Below the pieces are notes generated by a model. That model had not been told where the DNA came from. It did not search any database and saw nothing but the letters and a program-made list of their open reading frames with translations. Made by a program: the position numbers and the translations under genes. A DNA stretch of 61,913 nucleotides, counting the filler, from Globobulimina sp. (taxonomy: Eukaryota), in assembly GCA_003354225.1 (NCBI GenBank). It is 29 parts of 29 records of this genome, joined end to end, with 100 filler letters (N's around TTAATTAATTAA, not from the genome) between each part and the next. Parts side by side here need not be neighbours in the genome. Positions count along the whole stretch, not along the records: positions 1 to 2,040 come from PIVH01009511.1; positions 2,141 to 4,179 come from PIVH01009512.1; positions 4,280 to 6,318 come from PIVH01009513.1; positions 6,419 to 8,457 come from PIVH01009514.1; positions 8,558 to 10,596 come from PIVH01009515.1; positions 10,697 to 12,735 come from PIVH01009516.1; 23 more parts are not named here. One strand, 5' to 3'. Of this stretch, positions 1-10,976 are shown piece after piece; position 1 is the first letter of the stretch, and every line of letters starts with the position of its first letter.

Positions 1-384
1 ACAAGAAATATAACCCAATTTATTTAATTCTTTGTTGACAAAATCTAAATCTCCGCATAACAGCAATATGCCACCTAAAGAGACTAAAAATAGTTCTTGA
101 AAGCATATAAAATCGGGTTCTTCCTTTCTGATTTTGTTGATTAATATTTGTAATCTCTCTCTTTTTTTAGCACCACCAACAACGGGAACACACCACGTGT
201 TTTGTGATAAAACTTTAAATTTGCTCGGAAACACTTTCTTCGATGATTTGTCATTATTTATAATTACAAGCTCGAAATTCTTTGAACGTAATGATAAGCC
301 ATACAGCCAATGCAACGTCAATAATCCAGTGGCTCCACCACATAATAAGGCAGACAAAATATGAGGCCAATATCCATAAACCAT
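1..384 (-). CDS. Endonuclease/exonuclease/phosphatase (EEP) family protein, neutral sphingomyelinase-like, N-terminal part (truncated by the window start; absent from the ORF track)
   Basis: Hand translation from ATG 384: MVYGYWPHILSALLCGGATGLLTLHWLYG...FKVLSQNTWCVPVVGGAKKRERLQILINKIRKEEPDFICFQELF. It has the EEP motifs 'vlS.N' and 'D.icfQE' after a hydrophobic anchor. Confidence 0.75.
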   Translation of the reverse strand, partial: MVYGYWPHILSALLCGGATGLLTLHWLYGLSLRSKNFELVIINNDKSSKKVFPSKFKVLSQNTWCVPVVGGAKKRERLQILINKIRKEEPDFICFQELFLVSLGGILLLCGDLDFVNKELNKLGYISC

Positions 385-530
385 TTGCATTTGTACCGGC
401 TTGACAATTGAATAATTTTCTAGTGTCAAAGCATGGGTCTTTTGATTTAGCGTGCAAAGTGAAAGCGGTAAGTAGATGTTTTTAAAATTACAGTTTAGAT
501 CATATCTATCCCAAAAACCTAGTCAGCATA

Positions 531-1865
531 ATGGTAGAATCAAACTTTGATACCATCAAAATTGTATATGCAATATTTACAATAATTATAGATATCTTAG
601 TACATCTTGCATTGCAATTAATAGCAACCAAAGGTCCAGGATCAGAAACCAAAAACAAAAACAAAACACACCACCGAGCACCAAGCACCGCAAAGGAAGA
701 TGATGAGAAATACGACGACGATCAAAGTGTAGATGATATAAACATAGAATATGACAATGAACCTTTTCAAACACAAGCATATGACTTTTTATTCACAGCC
801 CAATATCCGATAATAAGTAACAAAGATATTGAAAACGCTATCTTTGAAAATGTAAACGAAGCGGATTCCAATTATTTTGTAGACACAACAGCAATGCGAA
901 TATTCTCCAATTGCACATGTTATAAATATCTCAAATACTCAATGCAACTCTGGGCATTTTGCTGTGGCTTTTTAGCCATATATTTATCATTAGTTTTTTG
1001 GATCAATTTAGTTGCCGAATTTGTATTTGCGTCCATTGGAAGATCTGGCACCGATCCCGGCAGTATATTTGCTTTGGTTGCTGCATATTTTTTGGTCGAA
1101 ATAATATTTTTTTGTGTGAGACGCCAGGTGGAATCCATTGCATTGCTCACTAGAAACGTTGGAGACATGTTTGATGTCAAAATAATTTTACTTTGGCGAA
1201 TTTATGATGTCTGCTTCGTGATAATTTGTACAGGATGTTCTAGAATCGATTCCAGTGTCTGGTTTTTCCAAACTTTAATGTTATTGATGGTTATTCGAGG
1301 CACCATATGGCAAATTGTACATACTTTAATTGCATTCCTTGCCACTGTGGGTATTGTTTTGTATCAATTTACAAACGCAATCGACGGATTTAAGCAAGAG
1401 AACGAGTGGTTGAACTGGAAAGAATTTATGTTTGTGATTACTGATCGTCCGGAATCAATGTCTGAGTGTACATGGTATAAATATGGCTATGTTGTATGTG
1501 TCTGGTTATTAATGATCATATTTTTTGCAATGATGCCAATTTATAAAGAATTATTTGCATTTTGTGGCCTTATTATGATTATTTATTATTTACTTATTTT
1601 GTTTGATTCTGCTAAATATAATACCTGGTATTCGTTATGGAGCGGAAAGTTTCATTCGCAATATTTTGGCTATAAAACAACAGCCAATGATCATATTAAT
1701 TGTGATGCTGTGGAACAACAACAACAAGATATTGAATTGGTTGCTGCTTCGGGTAAATACCAAAAAGTATCCGTTTTCGAAGAAGATGCAAAGGAAACAA
1801 AAGATGAATATGAGTATAAAACGGATCCGATGCAAACAACAGCAAATGTTGTGACTACAACGTAA
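531..1865 (+). CDS. Multi-pass membrane protein, unknown function
   Basis: 444-aa ORF with many hydrophobic segments; divergent from the EEP gene across ~146 bp. Confidence 0.7.
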   Translation: MVESNFDTIKIVYAIFTIIIDILVHLALQLIATKGPGSETKNKNKTHHRAPSTAKEDDEKYDDDQSVDDINIEYDNEPFQTQAYDFLFTAQYPIISNKDIENAIFENVNEADSNYFVDTTAMRIFSNCTCYKYLKYSMQLWAFCCGFLAIYLSLVFWINLVAEFVFASIGRSGTDPGSIFALVAAYFLVEIIFFCVRRQVESIALLTRNVGDMFDVKIILLWRIYDVCFVIICTGCSRIDSSVWFFQTLMLLMVIRGTIWQIVHTLIAFLATVGIVLYQFTNAIDGFKQENEWLNWKEFMFVITDRPESMSECTWYKYGYVVCVWLLMIIFFAMMPIYKELFAFCGLIMIIYYLLILFDSAKYNTWYSLWSGKFHSQYFGYKTTANDHINCDAVEQQQQDIELVAASGKYQKVSVFEEDAKETKDEYEYKTDPMQTTANVVTTT

Positions 1866-2040
1866 TTATGTTATGAATTTAGTGTATTGTTTGAAAATAA
1901 TGAGTGAATCATATAGATATTTTAATCAATAAATACACTAAATTCATAAAATAAAAGTGATAGCATGGTTTTTCTGGATTTTTGGGAGAGAGTGGATTAT
2001 AAATATAACCATTATATGTGTTCTTGTTGTTGGTGTATAC

Positions 2041-2140
2041 NNNNNNNNNNNNNNNNNNNNNNNNNNNNNNNNNNNNNNNNNNNNTTAATTAATTAANNNN
2101 NNNNNNNNNNNNNNNNNNNNNNNNNNNNNNNNNNNNNNNN
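2041..2140. other. Artificial contig linker N44-TTAATTAATTAA-N44 (first of 28; the others start at 4180, 6319, 8458, 10597, 12736, 14875, 17014, 19153, 21292, 23431, 25570, 27709, 29847, 31985, 34123, 36261, 38399, 40537, 42675, 44813, 46951, 49089, 51227, 53365, 55503, 57640, 59777)
   Basis: Identical 100-nt spacer with a six-frame stop every ~2138 nt; contig lengths decrease from 2040 to 2037. Confidence 0.99.
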
Positions 2141-2356
2141 GTATTTGGCGGTTATGTCACGTGATTTATATATTTGCATATAGTAGAATGTTCTCGAATA
2201 TCCTGTTTGTCTTGTCGCTCGCTCATTCATTCTTTGTTTAGTTTAATATTTGATCTCGCATAGTAGCCGGTCGATTATGATATTCGCTCTCGTCTCGTTT
2301 ATAAAATAAACCTTTTTATACCTACAACGTGTCTTCGATATCGGTCGGCCGCTACA
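2141..2356 (+). repeat. Putative 5' LTR
   Basis: The contig starts GTAT (possibly a clipped TG...), has a TATA-like stretch at ~2166 and AATAAA at ~2305, and ends in CA 5 nt before the PBS. The second LTR is not in the contig. Confidence 0.6.
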
Positions 2357-2361
2357 TTTAA

Positions 2362-2387
2362 TGGTGCCTACAGAGCAGGAATCGAAC
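2362..2387 (+). promoter_or_regulatory. Primer-binding site
   Basis: TGGTGCCTACAGAGCAGGAATCGAAC; the reverse complement GTTCGATTCCTGCTCTGTAGGCACCA resembles a tRNA 3' end (T-loop...ACCA). Confidence 0.7.
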
Positions 2388-2559
2388 GTCGCGGATAGTA
2401 TACAGTAATCGTACAGTTAATAAAAGGAAAGAAATAATATAAAGTAGACAGATAGTTACGTTATACAGACACAGTAAATAATAAAGTTACGGTTGTAAAG
2501 AAAAGAAAATACGGCCGTACAGATTTAATAAAGTACGTTCACAAAATAAATTAAACAAA

Positions 2560-4128
2560 ATGCCTCCTAAATATAAACCATCACAAGGAGATTTACACTT
2601 GTGGCTCAATCAACAGCAGTCGTATTCTGAACAAGCACAGGAGTATGAACAAAGAGCAGAAGAGTACAGCGTAAAGTTCTTAATCGAACAAAAAGAATTC
2701 ACAAAATTGGACAAACGTGATATATTTAAAGTACAGAACGAACTGGACGCTTTACTCACAAACTCATTACAAATAAATACAGATATCATATTGGCAACGG
2801 AACAAGATGACGAAAAGGAAGCAGTAAATAGAGGAAATAATTTGACAAAACAAATTCGAGGTTCGATGTCAACTCTTGAGCTTATTCTGCAAGAACAGGA
2901 AACAAAGGAAACACCAATAAAACAGATTGAAGTACAGGCACAACAACAGAATGGTGCAGAACAAACTCAATTAATACAGTTACTACAGCAACAGATGCTA
3001 GTACAGGAAAAGGCACGCGAGGATGCTAATAGACGTGCAGAGGAACAATTAACGTTACAGAGAGAGCAATTGCAGTTACAGCGAGAAGATACAGAGAAAC
3101 GGTCAAATGACCAAATGCAATTGATACAGGAACAGATAAAGGCTCAAACAGTCAGAGATCAAATCGCAGAAGAACGTATAGACAGTCATAACAAACTCCT
3201 CTATCAACAGTTAGAAGCACAACGTTTTGAATCAAATCGACAGCTTGAAATGACAGTAAATACGCACAAAGAACAAGTGGAAATATTAAACAGTCAAATA
3301 GAAAAACATACAGATAGCAATAGCAGTCAGTCCAGAAACGGAAACAAAACAGTCAAATTACCACAATTAATAATCGAACAGTTTTCTGGTGACATTTTAC
3401 GATGGCGTCAATTTTGGGACAGTTATAATACAGCAATACATTTAAATGAACGTCTCAGTAATATCGAAAAGTTTAACTATTTGAAAAGTTATTTAAGAGG
3501 CGACGCAATACGAGTATTAGACGGTGTGCCAATAACAGAAAACAATTATCAAGTAGCAATCGACTTGTTGACAAAAAATTACGGCAACGAAGGAGTAATT
3601 ATAGCTTCATATACCAACGATTTGTTAAATTTAGCCCCAATAGCAGACAATTACGTACAAATTAAACAGTTCTGTCATAAAGTTGAAGGACATATTCGTA
3701 GTCTACAGGCGCTGGGAGAGGACGTGCGTAAAAGTACAGCTATTATCGAGAGTATCCGAACGAAATTGCCATACAGAATTCGACACGATATATTCAAAGA
3801 TACAAAGGGAGAGAAAATTGGATCAACAAAAGTCATACTTGATAAGTTAAACGAGGAAATTAGAATACACCAAATAGAAACAGTCCCAAATACATCAAAA
3901 TCAAGGGAAGTCACTCAAAGTTTGCCACAGACTCTGCTTCACCTGCCCTCCATGACGAGTCTACGGAGGCACAGAACGAACCAGAATCAGATGGGAACAA
4001 CTTTTCATCTAAAGACAATCTTAAACCTGCTGACAATCATGTCAGTAAGGACAAGCAAGTTGCTTACCCGACTGAAGCACGGGAACGCCAAAAGGCCCGT
4101 GAGAAACGAGCCAAGGAAACAGGTGTGA
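2560..4128 (+). CDS. Bel/Pao Gag (DUF1759) with N-terminal coiled coil; probable -1 frame switch after ~3870
   Basis: VKLPQLIIEQFSGDILRWRQFWDSYNTAIHLNERLSNIEKFNYLKSYLRGDA...NYQVAIDLLTKNYG is the typical Pao Gag signature. Confidence 0.88.
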   Translation: MPPKYKPSQGDLHLWLNQQQSYSEQAQEYEQRAEEYSVKFLIEQKEFTKLDKRDIFKVQNELDALLTNSLQINTDIILATEQDDEKEAVNRGNNLTKQIRGSMSTLELILQEQETKETPIKQIEVQAQQQNGAEQTQLIQLLQQQMLVQEKAREDANRRAEEQLTLQREQLQLQREDTEKRSNDQMQLIQEQIKAQTVRDQIAEERIDSHNKLLYQQLEAQRFESNRQLEMTVNTHKEQVEILNSQIEKHTDSNSSQSRNGNKTVKLPQLIIEQFSGDILRWRQFWDSYNTAIHLNERLSNIEKFNYLKSYLRGDAIRVLDGVPITENNYQVAIDLLTKNYGNEGVIIASYTNDLLNLAPIADNYVQIKQFCHKVEGHIRSLQALGEDVRKSTAIIESIRTKLPYRIRHDIFKDTKGEKIGSTKVILDKLNEEIRIHQIETVPNTSKSREVTQSLPQTLLHLPSMTSLRRHRTNQNQMGTTFHLKTILNLLTIMSVRTSKLLTRLKHGNAKRPVRNEPRKQV

Positions 4129-4279
4129 CGCTCAGTGTACAGAAACGAAAGAAACACGTCGAAAATAATTTCGGTGATTNNNNNNNNNNNNNNNNNNNNN
4201 NNNNNNNNNNNNNNNNNNNNNNNTTAATTAATTAANNNNNNNNNNNNNNNNNNNNNNNNNNNNNNNNNNNNNNNNNNNN

Positions 4280-6208
4280 TTTGGATCGTAAACCATATAA
4301 TCCAAAAACAAGTTATTCGTCCATGCTGTTTTAGAATCCAATCTCTCGACATATACATCAGCTGAATTCGCACTAATTGAACTTATCGTAGTTACGAATT
4401 GTTTTCCATCACATGCTGTATTTCTAACTGAAATGAATAATCTTGGAATTGCAGCAAATGCATTTTTGAATGTAATGGTGACCTTGACAGTGGATGCAGA
4501 ACCTGTTGGTTTTGGGATTGATACTGATCCAATCTGCTGCGTATCAACCAAGCGGGAATAAGTTGGATTATTAGTATCAAATACAAGGAAATCTAACAAT
4601 GGCTTTTGTCCCCATGCATTACTTCTATCCGCTCGGTAATATTGATAATTAAAACTGGGGACACTTTCTCCCGTATTCATACCGCATATCATTGCATTAA
4701 AAGTATCAGCGTATTGTCCTTGATCCGCATGTGTCTGTACAATAAAGCCTGGAGACGCATTTCTCGCTAATTTCTGTCGGAATTTAACATTTGTATTTTT
4801 ATTCTGAAGCGCTCCATTGTTGTTACTTCCTAATCTTAAGCGATTATCTGTTGCTGGTCGGAATATATAAGCTCCTGAGTTTGGATCGCCATCATTGTAA
4901 ATACCGCCCGATGGCACATATTGACTGAATTGGTGTTCGACTTGGAAGGTTTGGCCTAAATTATTATTTGTAATGGTCGCTAATCGGTTGCTTGTACCAT
5001 CCATTGTTAATGTATAATATCCGCCATTTCCAACTTTGAATGTTTCTCCATTGTGAATAGGGACAGTTTGTCCGACCACAGAATTGGTTGAATTGACCCC
5101 AATGAAAAATGTTTCGAAAGCTAAAGGTGCCATGTTTTCTGCAAATATAAATAAATTAAATTTATTCGGATATTGGAACATATTCTCCTGCTCCGCTACC
5201 GGATTGATTTGCGATTTCACAATGTTTTTTTTCGAATCATATACTATTAAATCGGATCTGTTTGCAGGAATTTGTAAGAATTCACTCACATTCCATGCCA
5301 AAGAATTGTAAGCAACCATAATAACAAAATTATTTGCTGTTAATTGCGAAATTAAATCGTTTTCGCGGATCAATTTTGGCATTGCACCTCCGGAGCCACG
5401 TAAAAATTGACCAACCACACTCTCATCCCAATGATCAATCCGTTTCGTGCCATTTGCTACATTTCAGTGCAATGTTGTATATACAAATGAAAAATATATA
5501 AATTGTGTACATACAAAGTTGAGTCATATACTCCTCAAACACCGCTGTTTTTTCTGTCCCAGTAACAGCGTCATGATGTTGGGAAACATCCAAAGCGTCT
5601 CTTAAAAAAGTGATATTAAACATTCCCGCTTTAAAATCTGCGCTAAAATTTAAGTTTTTTGCAAATAAATATAACTGCTCAGCGACGCGCAACTCATTCA
5701 TTCTTGACCTTGTATATAACTTTAATACCGGTCTTGACGTAAAATACCCGCTCCACCACGCATGGGCCCGATCGACATACGTGAAAAAATCAGGTTGTTC
5801 CAAATCCCATACTAAGTCCAAGTCATTTACAGCTTTGACGTAATCCGCCAATGACGAATATAAAATGGTGGCATTATAGGTGTTGTTGCTATTGATATAA
5901 TTAATCAATTTATCCATTTGTATATAGGACTGATAAGCGTTTTGATGTGCAAAATCTTCCCCAAATGGTATTAATAATTGATTATGTCTGTACCACGCAA
6001 GCCGTGTCCTGGAATCTCGAATTAATGACTCGGCGATGTCCACTTGATTCGGAGGGTAGGATGGCAACAATGGATCGGTATTAATCCAACTGGCACCATT
6101 CCAAAACTCCATTTCTCGCGGACAGCCATAGCCACTGTCTAAAATATGAAAAAATATATAACCTTCTTCGCCTAATGAGTTTGAACCTTTCCATATAAAC
6201 TCTAAATC
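4280..6208 (-). CDS. GH38 lysosomal-type alpha-mannosidase (partial; intron 5514-5457) with inserted H-type lectin-like repeats
   Basis: Motifs LEFIWKGS, FGEDF, DFFTY...WWSGYFTSRP, QHHDAVTGT and SGAYIFRP. A 58-nt GTATGT..GTAG intron joins ORFs 5435..6112 and 4228..5418 in frame. Confidence 0.92.
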
Positions 6209-6418
6209 CTATATAGTTTAAGAGATATATTGTTTGTTTTTGATCGAAGTCATTTATTTTGTAATAAACTTGATTGGCTTTTCTTCGTTCAAGGTCTAAA
6301 TAATTTATTCTATGAACANNNNNNNNNNNNNNNNNNNNNNNNNNNNNNNNNNNNNNNNNNNNTTAATTAATTAANNNNNNNNNNNNNNNNNNNNNNNNNN
6401 NNNNNNNNNNNNNNNNNN

Positions 6419-7087
6419 CTCAAATAATTGATCCATATCAGAATCACCGCAAACAAATGGTACATTTGTAGCTAATTCGGCCAAAATACAGCCAACACCG
6501 AATACGTCGCAGGCATTGCCATAGGTATTGGAGCCCAGCAATATCTCCGGCGGTCTGTACCATAACGTAACCACTTCATTCGTCAATTGAGATATCGGAT
6601 ATGTACATTCGCGGCCCAATCCAAAGTCCGCTAACTTTAAAATGCCTTCTTTCGAAATCAATATATTCTGCGGTTTGATATCGCGATGCAAAATACGCCT
6701 CGAATGACAAAATCGAATACCTTCCAAGATCTGATATATCCATGTTTTGATTTGCAATAAAGGCATAAATTTGGATGCTTCGTACATTTGTTTTAAATAT
6801 ATCTTGAGATCAAATTCCATACATTCGAAGATTAAATAAAGTTTGTTGTCGACGCACAACCAGTCTTCTAATGAGATTATGTTTAAATGTTTTAGACATT
6901 TTAATAGTGATATTTCTCTTAATGTGGTTTGCGACACACCTTCGTCGTGCGTGTCTAATTTAATTTTTTTAATTGCTACAATTCGGCCGTTTTTATCATT
7001 TAAATCGAGTGCTTTGTAGACTAAGCCGTAAGTACCTTCTCCTAATTTCTCCTTTCTTTGATAGCGCGCTAATCCGGTAAAAGACAT
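6419..7087 (-). CDS. Cyclin-dependent kinase, CDK1/CDK2-like (3' truncated)
   Basis: GEGTYGLV, VAIKK, HRDIKPQN, LADFGLGR, EVVTLWYRPPE; the PSTAIRE helix reads SQTTLRE. Confidence 0.93.
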
Positions 7088-7597
7088 TCTAAATTGTGAA
7101 TGCTAGATAACTATGAATGGATTTTAATGTCAAACGACAAGATATGTGGTAGATTATGAGAATACATTATGATTTGGTGATATATGCAGTACATCTACAC
7201 AGTTGCAGTGTAGTCTGGTTTTGCAATCGATATGCGGCGCCATGGTAAAATAAAAAAACTTTGTTCAAAGTAAGTGTGTTTGTTGGATTTGTTGCTTTAA
7301 CAGCTTCTTCATTTCATACACATTTTTTATATGATATGGTTGATGAATTAATTGGCACATTTCATCAATGTTTGTTTGTGTTATATCGTTGAATTCGTTG
7401 ACATTGTTTAACATGAAATCAATAGGGGTCTCCGATATGTACTGAATTTTCATTCAGTTTGACAGAGTTTTTCATTTTTTTTAACAATCCTGTCGAACAT
7501 GTCTTCGGTTGCTATGTCCGGTTTATTCTGTCGAATATATATCGGAGATCGAGAGACATCGTCGGGTTCTCGCGAGCCTATCTATCGAATCTGTGAA

Positions 7598-8457
7598 ATG
7601 ATATCCATTGAGGACTGGAAGCGTCGTACACACTCACTGATAATCGGACCACCATCTCCCACGGCTTGCTAATCGCGCACGGCCGCAATGAGCGCGTGTT
7701 CAAAATCGTGCAAACGAGCAACAGTCAAAAAGAATTCCAACAATGGAAGCAAACCATGCGTGATGACGGCACAAAAACTTCAAATACGACGCAAATTCCA
7801 TCGCATTGATGCGGGAGAATAAGAACAAGAATTTCAATGCGCGGCAGCTGCCCAATCCGCATAAGGAAAAGCTGCGGATTACGACTATTATCTCAGGCTT
7901 GCAAGACGATGATACCCAGGAACGGATGCGGTACAGGAACGGATGCGGTATGAACGGTATTTGACTGAGATTATATGGAGATCGAGCGTAGGAACAGCAT
8001 ATCGAGTGCGGGCATCAAAGTAAGCATTGCGAGCATCAATAAGAAGAATAAGATTAAGAATAAAAAGTTGATGCTGAAAGCGAGGGAAAAGGAGCGGAAG
8101 TTCCTGCTGAAAATGCGGGGACTGGGACAGAAGCAGTTTGCGCGGGATCCCTTTACGAGGGCGATAACTGCGCCAAAGATCGAGAGTTTTAATTCCAATT
8201 TGCCGGCGATGGAGAGGTGGCTAAGCAGGAAAAATAGAAAAAAGGAAAATAGTGAGGATGTTGACTTGGATTTGAGTATTTTGGAGGATCATAATAAGTA
8301 TAATAATAAGAAAGGTTTGGTGAGCGGAGGAATGGAGGAAGGCATTGGTGTTGGTGTTGGTTTATGTGGGGATGTGTTATGGAGCAATGTGGTTAATGTG
8401 ATTGCGAAAGATTTTGTGTTAAAATGTAAAAATATTGATTTGGATTTGCATGCTGAT
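7598..8457 (+). pseudogene. Frame-disrupted coding-like sequence, unknown product (includes ORF 7975 onward)
   Basis: Protein-like segments in changing frames; 17-bp tandem duplication CAGGAACGGATGCGGTA at 7917-7950. Confidence 0.4.
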
Positions 8458-8657
8458 NNNNNNNNNNNNNNNNNNNNNNNNNNNNNNNNNNNNNNNNNNN
8501 NTTAATTAATTAANNNNNNNNNNNNNNNNNNNNNNNNNNNNNNNNNNNNNNNNNNNNAGTAATTTGCATTCCATTAAGCACCGACATCGCCAATCCACAA
8601 ATCCATCAAAAATATTTAAAATCCAAGTATATAAACACAAACGCGACGCGTTTAAAA

Positions 8658-10596
8658 GTGAGCGATAAAAATAAAATCAAATTGCTTCATTTTAAAGAAT
8701 CAGACTTAGAAAACGACGCAACAAATCCAAATTACATCATATTGGAAGGGAGCATCAATATCAATAATTACACCATCCGATGGAGCGATGGTTCCTCGTG
8801 GTCCAAACAAGGCGTTGTGGTGAAGGAAGAGGAAGAAATCGATCATTCAGTCACCCATTCCATCACTGACAACAACAGCAATATCATCACCACGCAGGAG
8901 ATCATTGCCTTGCGATCGCAGTTGGAAATACTACGCGAAAAGGAACAAATGGCAAAGTCACAAACGCAGGCCACTATGGTATGGTATATCTGATCTAATT
9001 TATGTAATAATAATGTATTTTAATGTGTTGCAGGGTCAATTTGCGGACTTATCGCAAGATTATGCAAAGCTGACCACTGAGCATGGTCAGGTCGAGAAAG
9101 AGCACAAAGAGATGAGCGCCAAATATGCGTTGATGAAGAAAGAGTTGTCGTCGATGCGGGAGATATTGAATAAGAACAACATGGAATTAGAGCAAGTGAG
9201 AGGCGATATGGTATTTACAAAACAGATGGAGATCCAAGAAAAGTTAACTTCGTTAAAGAAAGAGAACGGCCAATACAGTGCGTCTATAAAATTGCAGCAA
9301 GAGCGTATATTGTCATTACAGGATCAATTGCAAACTGGTCACATTGCCACGAGGCAATACACCAAAAGCATTCAAGACTTAGAGGCCAAAATATCGATTA
9401 TTGAGAAAGAGAAACAAGAAACAAAGCGAGTATTGAATGAAATGAATAATAAGTTTGTAAAGTCGCAGACCAATTTAGACGATTTAAAACATAAAGAAAT
9501 GATTATTAATGACAAACATATTAAAGATATCAATGCCTTGAACGATAAACATTTGAATGAAATTGATAAATTAGAACGTGGATTCCAGGAAACATTGCGC
9601 CAAAATGAACGTAAAATGCAAGAAATGCAAACTTTGAGGTATGTGACATGACCATTTTCTACTTGACTCAAAAGTTTTTTTGCTTTGCAACATGGCACAA
9701 AGATTACTTTGCTTACTTTGCACCATTATTAAATCACATGACTTTACAGGAACAGCTATGAGAAAAAGAATGCCTCATTGAGCAAAGATGTGAAAAGATT
9801 AATAATTCAGTTAGAAAAACAAGCAAAAAACACATATCACAACTCAGTGTCCAAAAATATAGATTTTAGCAGTATTATGGATGAAACCGAAGTAGTAAAA
9901 AAACTACGCGGCGAAAACGCGCAATTATCAGAAGAGTTAATGCGAAAATCGCAATCATTAGTCGATGCATTGCGTGCCTTGGCCGAATTCAATCGCAATC
10001 CCGTCGATATTACAAAAGCAATCACCTCAAATTTATCACATGCGCGAAAATATATATATAATGAAGAAAAAGCCGACATCACATATAACGACGTCAGCAA
10101 TCAAGTAAAACTATCCATGGAAAGGCAAAATTCCATCTCAGCCACGCCGCCAATCACAACCGCATCGTCCACCATAATTGGCGCAAAATATAGCATCAAT
10201 GATATAAATGCGTTAAATGCCGCCCCCGCAACACGGAAACACGAGAAAAACGTCAAATTTAATCGATTGAAACATAAATTTGAAAATAAAATGAAACAGC
10301 AACTCACCAAAATGCAACAAAAGAAAGTGAATGAAGAGATTCAGAGACGGAAGGAATTGTATGTTGGGATGAGCGGTGATGAGGCTTTGAGTGAATTGAA
10401 CGCAAAAACAGTGATCAAAGAGAGTGAGAACGTATTAATTACGAAAAGCAAACAACAATTAAAGCCGCTTGTAAATGGGACTTATACCAATATCAGTAGT
10501 CGCTCTGTCAATATAAACCCGAGTGCTTCATTAATTTATAAACACCCCAAGGCCTGGGGGTATTATGAATATACGCTAAAGTTTGAATATTATTAT
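8658..10596 (+). CDS. Long coiled-coil protein (partial; introns 8979-9033 and 9639-9749)
   Basis: Two GT-AG introns join ORFs 8658, 8905 and 9778 in frame; heptad-like, E/K/Q-rich composition. Confidence 0.75.
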
Positions 10597-10976
10597 NNNN
10601 NNNNNNNNNNNNNNNNNNNNNNNNNNNNNNNNNNNNNNNNTTAATTAATTAANNNNNNNNNNNNNNNNNNNNNNNNNNNNNNNNNNNNNNNNNNNNCATA
10701 ATTACTACATCAGCAAAATATAATGTTTCAGATTGGTTGAATTATATACATAAATTATTAATGTTTGTAGTGTGAATAGTGGGAACAACTGGTTATGTCC
10801 AGGCCCACGTGATCTCACTTATACCCTCTGCTGCAACACAAACTTAGCTAAACCCAAATGTATATAATAATAATAGTGTGTATCTGACCGAATACTGATA
10901 TCAATACGTAATGATTATCACACTTGCAATGTGTTGTTATAAAATATATTTAATAAATTATAATAAATATATTTAG

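Larger units (their letters stand above)
2141..4179 (+). mobile_element. Bel/Pao-type LTR retrotransposon, 5' part (LTR, primer-binding site, gag)
   Basis: DUF1759-like Gag, preceded by an LTR-like segment that ends in ...CTACA and a TGG-starting primer-binding site (PBS). Confidence 0.85.
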
